Origin: a virus
Reading direction: 5' to 3' (one strand)
IMG/VR virus record: IMGVR_UViG_3300045988_130114
Span: 1-64,000 of that record
Length of the DNA: 64,000 nucleotides
Below the pieces are notes generated by a model. It did no database searches. It was not told the origin of the DNA and was given only the letters and a program-made list of their open reading frames with translations. The translations under genes and the position numbers were made by a program. This document shows, piece after piece, positions 33,326 to 44,100 of the stretch. Each line of letters starts with the position of its first letter. The first letter of the stretch is position 1.

Positions 33326-34045
33326 ATGGACAGAAAACAGCAAGTTTTTTTGAAACTGAAACCTAAAACGAAGGCGTTGGGGTTCAGTCAAAAGGAGCTA
33401 AAGGGTATCGCTGCTCAGATTGCCGATAACCTTACCTCCGCAGAAGATGCCTCAGATGAAGACGTAAATGCCGAAATCGATAAAGAGATTGAAGCTGCAC
33501 TACGTTACTTACCTTTCGGCCAGTCACAGGCCAATCGCTTGCTTGATGAATGGAAGAAAAATCACCCTGAAACAGATGACGACGACAACGATGACGATGA
33601 TGACGACGACGGATCTTCGAACAATCAAAGACGTCAAACTGGTTCAAATACCAAAAATCCCAAAAACAGAGGAAAGAATGATGATACTCCGGAATGGGCT
33701 AAAGGTTTGGTTCAGACAGTACAAACACTGAATGACGAAATCGCAGCATTGAAAGGTGAAAAAGTTACCACTACACGTAAAGAAAAGCTTGAATCCTTAT
33801 TGAAAGACGCTGGTACATTCGGCACTCGTACCTTGAAATCCTTCAATAAGATGAAGTTTGAGAACGATGAAGAGTTTGAAGAATTCTATTCCGAAGTTGA
33901 GGAAGATTTGAGATCTTACAACCAGGAGCGTGCCGACGCGGGACTTTCTAGTTTAGGTAATCCTCCAGGTGCAGGAAGTAAGAAGCAAAAAAAAGATGAA
34001 TTATTAACCGATGAAGAGGTCATAGCAATAGCTAATGGTCTTTAA
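33326..34045 (+). CDS. scaffolding protein (putative)
   Basis: Coiled, highly charged 239-aa protein with a poly-Asp run, upstream of the capsid gene. Confidence 0.5.
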   Translation: MDRKQQVFLKLKPKTKALGFSQKELKGIAAQIADNLTSAEDASDEDVNAEIDKEIEAALRYLPFGQSQANRLLDEWKKNHPETDDDDNDDDDDDDGSSNNQRRQTGSNTKNPKNRGKNDDTPEWAKGLVQTVQTLNDEIAALKGEKVTTTRKEKLESLLKDAGTFGTRTLKSFNKMKFENDEEFEEFYSEVEEDLRSYNQERADAGLSSLGNPPGAGSKKQKKDELLTDEEVIAIANGL

Positions 34046-34062
34046 TCAAAAGCAAATTAAAA

Positions 34063-34464
34063 ATGGGCGCAAAAGCTGATTTAGTAAACGAACAAGAAAC
34101 AATCTTAACCGGAATGGATTCGATTGTTATTCGTAACTATTTAGGCGGAATTATGAATGGTCGGACGCTAGATATGACTGGATTTAAACAGTCTGTGATC
34201 AAAGCTGGGCACATTGTTATCCGCAATACAGAAAACGATACTTATAAGCCAATGCCTGTTAATTCAGCAGGTACAGCCTACGAATCATTGCCAGGAAATC
34301 ATGAATATGTTGGTGTTGTTGTTTGTTCCAAGCCTGCCGACAAACCATTCGTTGGTATCATGTATGCTGGCGAAGTGAATGACGTGGCAAGTCCTTATCC
34401 TATTGACAGCATCAAGGCTGCATTAAAAACGGCATTGCCACAACTAACTTTTTTACACGATTAA
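34063..34464 (+). CDS. head decoration or accessory protein (putative)
   Basis: Position between the scaffold and the major capsid gene. Confidence 0.35.
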   Translation: MGAKADLVNEQETILTGMDSIVIRNYLGGIMNGRTLDMTGFKQSVIKAGHIVIRNTENDTYKPMPVNSAGTAYESLPGNHEYVGVVVCSKPADKPFVGIMYAGEVNDVASPYPIDSIKAALKTALPQLTFLHD

Positions 34465-34477
34465 AAGGAGGTGAAAG

Positions 34478-35815
34478 ATGAATGAATCATTATTTATTGA
34501 ATTTGTAAGAAGAATATGGCCTAAATTGAGTCTATATGTGAAAGAAAAGATCAATGGAACAAACAAGAATTTGACCTATCTTCACAAAACGATGCTTACT
34601 AAGGTATATTCTCCTGATCAAAAATGGGAAGGCACATCTGCTAATACTACATATGTAGCTGCTGATATGGTAGCTATGGACTCTCCGCTTTCACCTAAAA
34701 AGCGAGATTCTATCGCACGGTCAAACGGGGAATTGCCTAAGATCGGAATTAAAAAGATTCTAAGAGAGACTCAAATTAATGCCATCAACATTATGAGAGC
34801 TCATTTATCCAATGCCAGCACGGATGCAGCTAAGAAATCTGTCCTTAACCGCATAATCACTCGCATGTTAGACGATGGAACGGCTTGCTCTATTGGTATT
34901 GATGAGAGAAATGAAGCAAATTTCCTTACAGGACTCTCCGATGGCATCATCATTGTTGAGGGTGATGATGATAAAAATACTGGTATAGGTCTTCGTATTG
35001 ATTATGGTTATTTGCCAGAACATAGCTTTGGTGTTGTTACTACTGGTGAAGTTACAGGAGATGATATTGAAAGAGTTATAAGTAAAGCTAACGATGATGA
35101 TAACAGTATTTCAGTTATTATGCTGGCTTTATCTACATATAACAAAATGCGTCAGTCTCAATGGGCTAAAGAACTAGCTGCAAATTATCGAGGTCAAACC
35201 TTTGATAATGATACTAAGCTGCCTGTACCTACTTCTACATTATTTGATGAAGCGTTCTCTGACCAATATAACGGTATCTCATTCCTGAAAATTGACCGTT
35301 CAGTAACTTATGAAAAGAACGGTAAAAGGGTATCTTATAAACCGTGGAATGCGAATAAATTGATATTTCTCCCTTCTGCTGATAATGTAGGTTCTTTTGT
35401 ATGGGGAACTTTGGCTGAAGCGACTAATCCTGTTAATGGAGTTGAATATACTACCGTTGATGAATACAAGTTGATTAGCCGTTACTCTAAGACAGATCCG
35501 TTACAGGAATTTACAAACGGACAGGCTATTTGCTTACCGGTTATCGAAAATGTAGATCAAATCTACTCTTTGGATATTCTAGAAGCTCAAGAGGTAAATA
35601 CCACAGAAGAAGAAAAAGATACTTCTGACGTTAAGATTACAATCTGGGGAGCAACTTACAAAAAGCCGGAGTTTGTGACGGAATATAACAAGATTGCAGG
35701 CAAGAATCTGACTTCTACTGTTTCTGATGACAAACTCATTGCAGCAGTCAACAGATTGAACGATGCAGACGAAGAAGCATTGAAAAAGGCCGTTGAATCT
35801 CATAAAGCATCGTAA
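34478..35815 (+). CDS. major capsid protein (putative)
   Basis: 445 aa; position after the scaffold; call based on size and synteny only. Confidence 0.6.
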   Translation: MNESLFIEFVRRIWPKLSLYVKEKINGTNKNLTYLHKTMLTKVYSPDQKWEGTSANTTYVAADMVAMDSPLSPKKRDSIARSNGELPKIGIKKILRETQINAINIMRAHLSNASTDAAKKSVLNRIITRMLDDGTACSIGIDERNEANFLTGLSDGIIIVEGDDDKNTGIGLRIDYGYLPEHSFGVVTTGEVTGDDIERVISKANDDDNSISVIMLALSTYNKMRQSQWAKELAANYRGQTFDNDTKLPVPTSTLFDEAFSDQYNGISFLKIDRSVTYEKNGKRVSYKPWNANKLIFLPSADNVGSFVWGTLAEATNPVNGVEYTTVDEYKLISRYSKTDPLQEFTNGQAICLPVIENVDQIYSLDILEAQEVNTTEEEKDTSDVKITIWGATYKKPEFVTEYNKIAGKNLTSTVSDDKLIAAVNRLNDADEEALKKAVESHKAS

Positions 35816-35818
35816 GCA

Positions 35819-36157
35819 ATGAAGACAATTCAGCAAGCTCTCATAGACGAAATACATTATCCTATTCCAATGGGTTTTGTAGAGAATGTAATGATCAAAC
35901 GTAAACTCAATGGATACGATGAGTTTAGCTGTGATATAGCTCATTCTAACGAATATCAGGGTGCATTGGCTGATTGTCTTTGGTCTTTGATTCAGGCTAT
36001 CAATTTCTCTGAGGCAGACAAGTCCTTTGGGGCTTTGTCCGATAAAGATAAAGAACGTATATTATTACGTGTTAACTCCATCTACAATACTATTGGTGAG
36101 CCTTCGGTAGAACTGGAGGCAAAACCAATGGTATATGTAGGAGATTGTTTGTTGTAG
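35819..36157 (+). CDS. head-tail connector/adaptor (putative)
   Basis: Synteny and size. Confidence 0.4.
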   Translation: MKTIQQALIDEIHYPIPMGFVENVMIKRKLNGYDEFSCDIAHSNEYQGALADCLWSLIQAINFSEADKSFGALSDKDKERILLRVNSIYNTIGEPSVELEAKPMVYVGDCLL

Positions 36158-36158
36158 T

Positions 36159-36485
36159 ATGGCAGTAATAAATAGAAATCCACACCGTTTACAATACTTA
36201 GTAGCTGTTCCTGGCTATGAAGATGAAAATGGAAATTATCATCCAGGTTCATCTGAATGGAAAGGCTCAATTCCTTGTGATGCCGTGCCTTCTGGGAAGG
36301 CGGAAGAAAGAGAGTTTGAGGATGGTGTTGTAAGAAGCTATTCATATACGGTATGTCTTCCAAGCAATTGTCAAACCTTTACTATTGGTGACAGGGTTAA
36401 GATAAGTCTTCTCGGAGGAATTGAAAGGGAATTTGAAGTAAAAGGTTTCCATCGTTACCAACTTCAGTGCAAAATTTGGGTTTAG
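36159..36485 (+). CDS. head closure protein (putative)
   Basis: Synteny and size. Confidence 0.4.
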   Translation: MAVINRNPHRLQYLVAVPGYEDENGNYHPGSSEWKGSIPCDAVPSGKAEEREFEDGVVRSYSYTVCLPSNCQTFTIGDRVKISLLGGIEREFEVKGFHRYQLQCKIWV

Positions 36486-36489
36486 TATT

Positions 36490-36951
36490 ATGGGCATAAG
36501 AATGACTACCAAGCTGGATGAAATTCATAAGGTTCTTATGAAAGAAGCAAATCGGGTTGAAAGGCTAACAATACGCGCTTTGTCTTACCTTGGGGAACAA
36601 TGCGTTTCAAGAGTACGTAATAGAGGTGGTAATAAAAGTTGGTACGACCAGTCCGGTAACCTGCGCAGCTCAGTTGGCTATGTAATAGCTTATAACGGTA
36701 GTATTATCCAATACTCAGACTTTAATCAGATAAAGCAAGGCTCGGAAGGCGTAACTGTAGGTAAAAAGTTGGCAGAGGAACTTGTTAAGAGGTATTCCAG
36801 TGACTATGTACTTGTTATAGTTGCTGGAATGAACTATGCTGAATATGTGGAAAGGAAGGATAATAAGGACGTACTTGCATCAACGGAATTATGGGCAATA
36901 GACCAGGTTCCCAAGATGCTTGAGAAACTAAAAAGACAGATTGCTAAATGA
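36490..36951 (+). CDS. HK97 gp10-like neck/tail component
   Basis: GNLRSSVGY ... MNYAEYVE pattern. Confidence 0.5.
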   Translation: MGIRMTTKLDEIHKVLMKEANRVERLTIRALSYLGEQCVSRVRNRGGNKSWYDQSGNLRSSVGYVIAYNGSIIQYSDFNQIKQGSEGVTVGKKLAEELVKRYSSDYVLVIVAGMNYAEYVERKDNKDVLASTELWAIDQVPKMLEKLKRQIAK

Positions 36952-37370
36952 AATCGGACATTGAAATAGCTAAGTTTGTCTATCACAAAATTAAGGGCAC
37001 AGACCTTGAAAGGAATGTTACCGGCAAATTAAGTGATAGAGGAAGACCAAACAAGTCAGACAAAGAGGATATTGTTATATCTGTACTTGCCAATGAAGGA
37101 TGTGGCCAAATCCAAAGAGCTTATGTTAATGTCAATGTGTATGTCCGTGATCTATGGAATTCGGAAACAAAGGCGTGGGAAAAAGATACTCTACGCGTAG
37201 GTAAGCTGTGTGAATTATGCAAATTCCTTATCTCCATACGAAAAGATGAATACCACACAACCCCATCAAAATGTAGCCAAAAAACCAGTCCTACAAATAC
37301 ACCTTTTGAGGACGGACATACAGAACATTTCATTAATAACAAACTGTACATTGAGATAAATAACGAATAA
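36948..37370 (+). CDS. tail completion/terminator protein (putative)
   Basis: Synteny; 4-nt overlap with the upstream gene. Confidence 0.4.
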   Translation: MKSDIEIAKFVYHKIKGTDLERNVTGKLSDRGRPNKSDKEDIVISVLANEGCGQIQRAYVNVNVYVRDLWNSETKAWEKDTLRVGKLCELCKFLISIRKDEYHTTPSKCSQKTSPTNTPFEDGHTEHFINNKLYIEINNE

Positions 37371-37399
37371 GTATTAACTATATTAAGTGATATAGAACT

Positions 37400-37951
37400 A
37401 TGGCAGTAATCGGATGGGGTAAACCCCGAATTTTCGTAAAAGACTTGGATGCTTCTTCGCCCAAATGGGAAGAGCTTCCTACACCCGTGGAAGATTCCAC
37501 ACAGTTGACAACAACAAAAGGCGACAAACAAGAAGCCAAAATTGAAGGTGGAGAAAATGAAGATGTCAAGTATGGTAAAAACACCTATGCCCTTGTACTC
37601 AACATACGTGCAGCAAAAGGCCGCAAAAGACCTATCAACGACAGTGATGGCGTAGTTGCTCACAATTATGCTGTTGCACTACAACCGGAAGATCCCGAAG
37701 TTCCTGGATTTTGTATGGAAAAGACAACAGTGTCAGTTGAAGATACGTTTACTAGTGCAGATGGTGGTGTGTGGGCATATACATTTGACGCTTTAAAATA
37801 TGCCGCTGAAAAGAAACAAGTTCAATGGGGTAAAATTATTGTTACTCCTACAACAGGATCATCTATTACAAAAATAGAGTGTGACCCGGACGACGAAGAT
37901 GGTGATGGAGATAAGTTTGAAGTCGCCCCCAATTCCGGCTTAGGCGGATAA
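37400..37951 (+). CDS. major tail protein (putative)
   Basis: Synteny: last gene before the chaperone / tape-measure block; followed by a strong hairpin at 37979-38001. Confidence 0.5.
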   Translation: MAVIGWGKPRIFVKDLDASSPKWEELPTPVEDSTQLTTTKGDKQEAKIEGGENEDVKYGKNTYALVLNIRAAKGRKRPINDSDGVVAHNYAVALQPEDPEVPGFCMEKTTVSVEDTFTSADGGVWAYTFDALKYAAEKKQVQWGKIIVTPTTGSSITKIECDPDDEDGDGDKFEVAPNSGLGG

Positions 37952-38005
37952 TTTACAATAGATATAGTTTAAACCTTTGTGCATCTGCTTTATAGATGCA
38001 CACTT

Positions 38006-38077
38006 GCGGATTAAGCACACACAGGCGTGCGTCGCTCTACCAGAGTGAAGGGGATGGTGCAGGTCCATCAGTCCGCT
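38006..38077 (+). ncRNA. tRNA-like cloverleaf (nominal anticodon ACC) with a degenerate T loop
   Basis: Hand fold, all four stems paired: acceptor GCGGATT/AGTCCGC, D GCAC/GTGC (loop ACACAGGC), anticodon TCGCT/AGTGA (loop CTACCAG), T GATGG/CCATC (loop TGCAGGT). Confidence 0.55.
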
Positions 38078-38151
38078 CTAGGCTTTTTGTTCGAATCTGA
38101 AATAGGTGGTCTGTGAAGATAGCCAATTTGTTTTCTAAAAGGTAATAGTAT

Positions 38152-38868
38152 ATGATTGAAGATCGAAAAATAATAGAAATGAATATTGCTGATACCATAA
38201 TGGAAAGGCCATACGGTTTTCGGGTTAATAAGCGACATTTTTATCTATATCCAATAACATTAGGTAAAACATATCTACTTTCAAGGCTCATTGAAAGCCT
38301 TGATATGAAGGCTGATATTATTAAAGCAAACCCATATATGGAAGCATTAAGATTATGCCAAGAAAAAAAAGAGACTGTTTGCCAGCTATTATCTTACCAT
38401 ACGCTCAACAAGAAAGAAGAACTATTTAATAACAGAATTGTAAATAGTAGATGCCAGTTTTTGAGGAAAAATCTTTCAAATGAGGAAATGGCGCAACTTC
38501 TCGTTATGGTTCTTACTAAAGATAACACGGATGAGTTTATCAAATATTTCGGAATTGACCGGGAACGTAAAGAACTAGCTAAAGTTTCAATGATAAAAAA
38601 CAAGAAAGGCAATTCCATCACTTTTTGCGGTAAAAGCGTATTTGGTTCTCTAATATTACCAGCATGTGAAAAACTCAACATGACTCCACAGCAGATTGTA
38701 TGGGAAATTAGTTTTTCATTTCTTCAAATGTTGATGGCAGATGCTATTACTTCCGTATATCTTACTGACGAAGAAAAGAAAGAAGCCCGTATTTCCAATG
38801 ACAGGACATTTGTCAATGCAGACGACCCGAAAAATATGGAAAAGATAAAAGCTATGAGATGGGACTAA
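38152..38868 (+). CDS. tail assembly chaperone (putative)
   Basis: Position between the major tail gene and the tape measure; no motif recognised. Confidence 0.35.
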   Translation: MIEDRKIIEMNIADTIMERPYGFRVNKRHFYLYPITLGKTYLLSRLIESLDMKADIIKANPYMEALRLCQEKKETVCQLLSYHTLNKKEELFNNRIVNSRCQFLRKNLSNEEMAQLLVMVLTKDNTDEFIKYFGIDRERKELAKVSMIKNKKGNSITFCGKSVFGSLILPACEKLNMTPQQIVWEISFSFLQMLMADAITSVYLTDEEKKEARISNDRTFVNADDPKNMEKIKAMRWD

Positions 38869-38977
38869 ATACGACAAATAGAACAAAAGCTAGAAATAAA
38901 AGGTAAAAAAATCACGAGGGTTATACAAAAACTCCCGTGATTTATCGGTGAAATAGAACAATTATATAATCATCTAA

Positions 38978-39850
38978 TTAGGAAACTATTTCTCCAGTAT
39001 CCTTATTTAATATCAGATGGTATTTCTTTTTTTCTCCTATTTTAGTAGTGGCTTCAATGTCTAATATTACGTTATCTCCATCTAATGAATATGTGGATTT
39101 GTTGACTCTTATCTCTTCATCGGTGATGGGGACCTGCCAAATTAGATATTTATCATATCTATACATTGAAATGTCAACACACACAACCATATTGTCATAG
39201 ATGTATACCATATTATTGTAAGATATAGGTATGTAATTATTCCTTTCAATTTCTTTAACCCATCTTTCAGCGCCTGGATCATTATTCCCAATCGTCTGCT
39301 TTAAATCACTATCCAATACTCCAATTTCATAAATTCCTGTTCTTGCAGTTTTATAAATGGCAATGTATTCTCCATACCAATCTGCTATTGCTTCCGGATA
39401 GAAGATCGTTTCTTCAAAACCAGAATAATATTCTTTGTCAAAATATTCTTTTTCAACAACCTTCCCATCTTTTATTTTCAAGATAAATTTATGTGGGTGA
39501 TAAGCTATATCTGCGTATAAACTTACCAATATATAGAGATAATCATCCTTTTTCAAGGCACTTTGAAGGAAACACCCTTTGACTATGTATTCTCTCTTAT
39601 CTCCAAACCCAAGATCATGGGTATAATTTTCTGCTTTATCTTTGATGGTAAACACCTTGTTCCCTGATTCATCAATAGCCTCTATATAGTAATCTCCTTC
39701 AAAGATATAAGCTTGTAGTTTTAGATCATCTATCGGGATAGCACTATCGATTTGGTATTTTGGAAGATCTGGTTCATCTATAGGACTTTCATTTGAACTA
39801 CAACTTGTTAATAGAATTATTGCTATGATAAAAAATGAAATCTTCTTCAT
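38978..39850 (-). CDS. lipoprotein
   Basis: Signal peptide plus lipobox MKKISFFIIAIILLTSC; counter-oriented and AT-rich. Confidence 0.7.
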   Translation of the reverse strand: MKKISFFIIAIILLTSCSSNESPIDEPDLPKYQIDSAIPIDDLKLQAYIFEGDYYIEAIDESGNKVFTIKDKAENYTHDLGFGDKREYIVKGCFLQSALKKDDYLYILVSLYADIAYHPHKFILKIKDGKVVEKEYFDKEYYSGFEETIFYPEAIADWYGEYIAIYKTARTGIYEIGVLDSDLKQTIGNNDPGAERWVKEIERNNYIPISYNNMVYIYDNMVVCVDISMYRYDKYLIWQVPITDEEIRVNKSTYSLDGDNVILDIEATTKIGEKKKYHLILNKDTGEIVS

Positions 39851-39863
39851 AATTTGTTGGTTA

Positions 39864-40985
39864 TTATTCTCTCATTGCTATTTTAAGCGATTCTTCAAGT
39901 CTATCCGCATATTTGAATATGTCATCTATGCTATCAATTTGAATCCAGTCGCAACTTTTGTAGTTATCTACTGGTATTCCTATTTGCTTCTTCCTAGTTC
40001 CAATAGAAATACGACATATCCAATACCATTGGCTGTTGTCTAAGCTTATAACGAAGTAACTTTTATAGTCTGTATAGGTGATTCGTGAAGCATCTACATT
40101 ACGTCTAAGTATGCTTCTCACAATGTTATAAGCATCCATTTCCTCTTGTGTAGTGACTATCCCTGCTTCCTTGTCCATATAAACTACTCCTTCAGGTAGT
40201 TTGTTTTCTGCATTTTCTTTGGGGAGATTAGCTAAATTACTAGAAAAATTAGTTGTGTCTTCGACCTGTTCGTCATTTTTCATTGCTGTATTAAGCCTTT
40301 CAGCTATGATATCATTTATTACAATAGACATTGACTTTTTTACAAGTGGGGTAAACATTTCAACTACCTTTTGTGTGATTTGCCCAGTTGTATATATTTG
40401 TTTTGCAAAGAATCTAACAAAATCAGATGTAGGAGATTGTATTTCTTTGTTGAAAATTTCCTTTATTTCCGTTGTGTATTTTAATTCATTTGCTGTGCTA
40501 AGAACATTGTCTTCATTGTAATAAGATTTGTGGAACTTTTTTAGTTGTTCTATGTCTGCATCAGATAGATCTAGCATATTTACAACTAAGAATGGCCTTT
40601 CATCCATGATATTAACCTTCTCCAAATCAGTATAGAAACGGTATTCTATGCCATTGGTGAGAACTCCAAAGCGAGACTTAGAAGCTACGAAATATTTTTG
40701 TAGTTGGGTGTCATGCAGATTCAAGTCCTGCTTGCAATGCTTACACTCTATAAGAAGTATCGGGTTTTCGTCCTTCATTATAGCATAGTCAATCTTTTCT
40801 CCCTTTTTTCTGATTAAGTCACAGTCCATTTCCGGAACAACTTCGAAAGGATTAAAGACGTCATACCCTAAAGAAGCTATCAATGGCATTATGAAAGCAT
40901 TTTTTGTGGCTTCTTCTGTAGATATGCTATCTTTTTGTTTTTTTATGCGGTCTGACAGTTGTAAAATTTGATCCTTGAAATCCAT
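39864..40985 (-). CDS. HsdR-N-type (type I restriction R-subunit N-terminal domain) PD-(D/E)xK nuclease-like protein
   Basis: TEEATKNAFIMPLIASLGYDVF...KIDYAIMKDENPILLIECK....FGVLTNGIEYRFY. Confidence 0.75.
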   Translation of the reverse strand: MDFKDQILQLSDRIKKQKDSISTEEATKNAFIMPLIASLGYDVFNPFEVVPEMDCDLIRKKGEKIDYAIMKDENPILLIECKHCKQDLNLHDTQLQKYFVASKSRFGVLTNGIEYRFYTDLEKVNIMDERPFLVVNMLDLSDADIEQLKKFHKSYYNEDNVLSTANELKYTTEIKEIFNKEIQSPTSDFVRFFAKQIYTTGQITQKVVEMFTPLVKKSMSIVINDIIAERLNTAMKNDEQVEDTTNFSSNLANLPKENAENKLPEGVVYMDKEAGIVTTQEEMDAYNIVRSILRRNVDASRITYTDYKSYFVISLDNSQWYWICRISIGTRKKQIGIPVDNYKSCDWIQIDSIDDIFKYADRLEESLKIAMRE

Positions 40986-41104
40986 ATTTTTACAGTTTTA
41001 CAATAACGTTTGTACAAATGTATTTTATATAACAATACAAACAAAATTAAAGATAAAAAAATAATGTATTAAATATGTTTTTCTTATAATGGTGGACTAA
41101 CTGC

Positions 41105-41123
41105 GTCATTTTTGTTATCTTTG
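41105..41123 (+). promoter_or_regulatory. late promoter motif GTCATTTTTGTTATCTTTG
   Basis: Identical 19-nt register; restarts rightward transcription after the counter-oriented cassette. Confidence 0.55.
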
Positions 41124-41128
41124 TATTG

Positions 41129-41146
41129 CCGTGTAATGTTGCACGG
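41129..41146 (+). promoter_or_regulatory. leader hairpin CCGTG-N8-CACGG(AAC)
   Basis: Direct reading. Confidence 0.45.
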
Positions 41147-41169
41147 AACTATTTCTATCGAAAAGACTT

Positions 41170-44100
41170 ATGGCTGGATTACACTTTGATATCACTGGCG
41201 ATAACTCCAACTTCATACGCAAATTACATGAATGTGAGAATGGAGTAAGAAACACTTCTAAACAAATAGAACAAAGTGGGTTAAGTATTGAAGATCTATT
41301 TAACCGTATGACTAAAGCTGCTGCTGCTTTTGGAGCGGGATTTACAGCGAAAGAGTTGATTTCAAATATTGCTCAAGTTCGCGGTGAGTTTCAACAATTG
41401 GAAGTTGCATTTAAGACAATGCTTGGCAGTGAGGATAAGGCGAATGCCCTCATGCAGCAATTAGTAAAAACGGCTGCTACCACTCCTTTTGACCTTCAAG
41501 GCGTAGCAAATGGAGCTAAACAACTCCTTGCTTATGGGGAAAATGTAGAAAATGTCAATGACGATTTGATACGTTTGGGTAATATTGCTGCTGGTTTATC
41601 CCAACCTCTTGGAGATATCGTTTATCTTTATGGTACTACAATGACCCAAGGTCGTTTATATACACAAGACCTCAATCAGTTCACTGGTCGTGGTATACCT
41701 ATGATTCGCGAACTAGCAAAGCAATTTAATGTTGCGGAAAATAAAGTTAAGGGACTTGTTGAAGCCGGAAAGGTTGGTTTCCCGGAAGTTCAAAAGGTTA
41801 TCATGTCACTTACTAATGAGGGCGGAACGTTCTACAACCTTATGCAAGAACAGTCAAAGACGATTACTGGACAAATCTCTAACATAGAAGATGCTATTGC
41901 TACCATGTTCAACGAGATAGGCAAGGCTAACGAGGGCATCATTAACGATGCTTTATCTGGAGTTTCCTACCTAGTTGAAAACTATGAGAAAGTGGGAAGA
42001 GTACTGTTAGAAATCGTAGGAACCTATGGAGCATATCGCACCGCCCTAATGGTTACAAGTTCTTTGCAAGCTTTACAAGCATCAGGGATTATGGCTTTGA
42101 CAGCAAAAGAAGCTGCTCACTATGGATGGTTAGTCTTAACTAAAAAGGCTCAAGATGCTTTGAATTTATCAATGCTAAAGAACCCGTATGTATTAGCTGC
42201 AGCTGCTGTTGCTGGATTGGCTTATGGCATTTATAAACTTGCTACAGCAGAGACTGAAACAGAAAGAGCCGTTCGCAAAACAAACGAAGCACTTGAAGCA
42301 CAAAAGAATCATTATGAAAGTATAAAGAACAAAGCAAGTGAGCTATCAAATACTTTAAGTAATGAATCCAAATCCACAGAAGAACGTTTCATTGCATATC
42401 GCCAATTACAGCGTTTAATGCCTGAAGTATTCCAAAATATGGATTGGGAAACTGCAAAACGAAAGACAAATGCGGAGCTTATTAAACTTGAGACCGATGA
42501 ACTTTTAAGGCGGCAACGTATTGGCTTAAAGACTAAGGTTGTAATGTCTCAACAAAAAATACAAGGTCTGGAAAACAGTATAATTAAAACTGATAATAGA
42601 GGAGGGTATACGGGGGCATTGAAAGAAGATTTATCTGCTGCAAGAAAAGAACTTGAAATTTATACTAAAGCTTTAGATGATTTTGAGAAAGCAGACGAAC
42701 AAGCTAAAAAGGATGCTAACAAGCCTACTGTCTACAATAAGGAATATTGGGAAGGGAAGAAGAAAGAAGCTGAAGATGCCCGAAATACTTTGGACGTTTC
42801 TAAAAAGAATTCCGATGAATGGAATAAATATACTAAACAAATACAAGAAGCGCAAAAACAAATAGATAAGTATTCGGACTCTAAGACAATCAATAATTAT
42901 AACTCCATCATAGACCAGCAAAAGAAAATCTCCGAACTATTAGACAAGCAAACAACCGAAAGGAAGCGCAAGGAACAAGATCTGGAGAATCAACTTACCC
43001 AGTCTCGTATTGACGCTATGGCAGAGGGAGAAGCCAAGATTCGTGCACAACGTGAATTGGATAACAAGAAGGAGATACAAGACTTAGAACGTCAACGGGA
43101 AGATTATATCCGAACGGAGATCGAGCTTCAGCGAAAGGCTTTTGATGAACAGGAAAATTTGCGGGCGAAGCAGACTAAGTACTATAAGAAGAGAACGTTT
43201 GATCCGTCTACAGTGAAAGTAGATACGGCCGCTTTTGATAAAATTTTGAATAATACTATTCTACGACAAGATATTTATCCTTATCAGGAAGAAATGAAAT
43301 ACTGGAATGAATATCTTAAAGAATATGGTACATTTCAACAAAAAAAAGCTGCCATAAACGAAGAATATAACTTTAAAATCAGTGAAGCTACCACCAAGGG
43401 CGCTAAGAAGTCCTTGGAAAAAGAGAAAGAAAATAAACTGAAGGAAGTTAGCTTTGAAGAACTAAAATCATCTATCAATTTTGCAAACATATTCGGAAAC
43501 CTTGATGCTCAGTCTACCGAGGCACTGGTTAAGATGCGTGATAACCTGAAAGAGGTTATAAATAAAGCAGCTAAAGATATAAAACCTACTGATCTTAAAG
43601 CGTTGCAAGATGCCTTCAAAGAAATTGATCTAAAAATAACAGTACGTAATCCCTTGGGAGAACTGAAAAATAGTGCAGATAATTATCGTAATGCTACATC
43701 TGCGGTAATCAAGGCTCAAGAGGATTTAAATACTGTTATTCAGGGAGGAGAGGTAATAACTAAAGTATATACCGATGAGAACGGAAAATTAACTACTAGA
43801 TTACTGACTCTTACCCAAGCAGAAAATAACTTGGCCGCTGCTCAATCTAACAGACAACAAGCCTTGTCTAAGTTAACTCAAGCGGCAAATTCTATCGGGC
43901 AAAAAGGTATGGAGGTTGTAAATGCTGGCAATGACGTTGTTGGAATGCTTGAAAACTTTGGGGTAAAGGTTCCAGAAGCCATAAGTAAGACTTTGGATGG
44001 TATAGGGCAGGTAATGAGTGGGCTGGAACGAATAGACTTAACCAAACCTTTTAGTGCTATCACAGGTGCAGTTAGCGTTTTGGCAGGCGTTGGGAATACT

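Noticed and set aside
33575-33610. GAT/GAC-rich run encoding DDDDNDDDDDDD.
   Set aside because: This is a simple acidic low-complexity tract inside the putative scaffold protein, not a separate repeat element.
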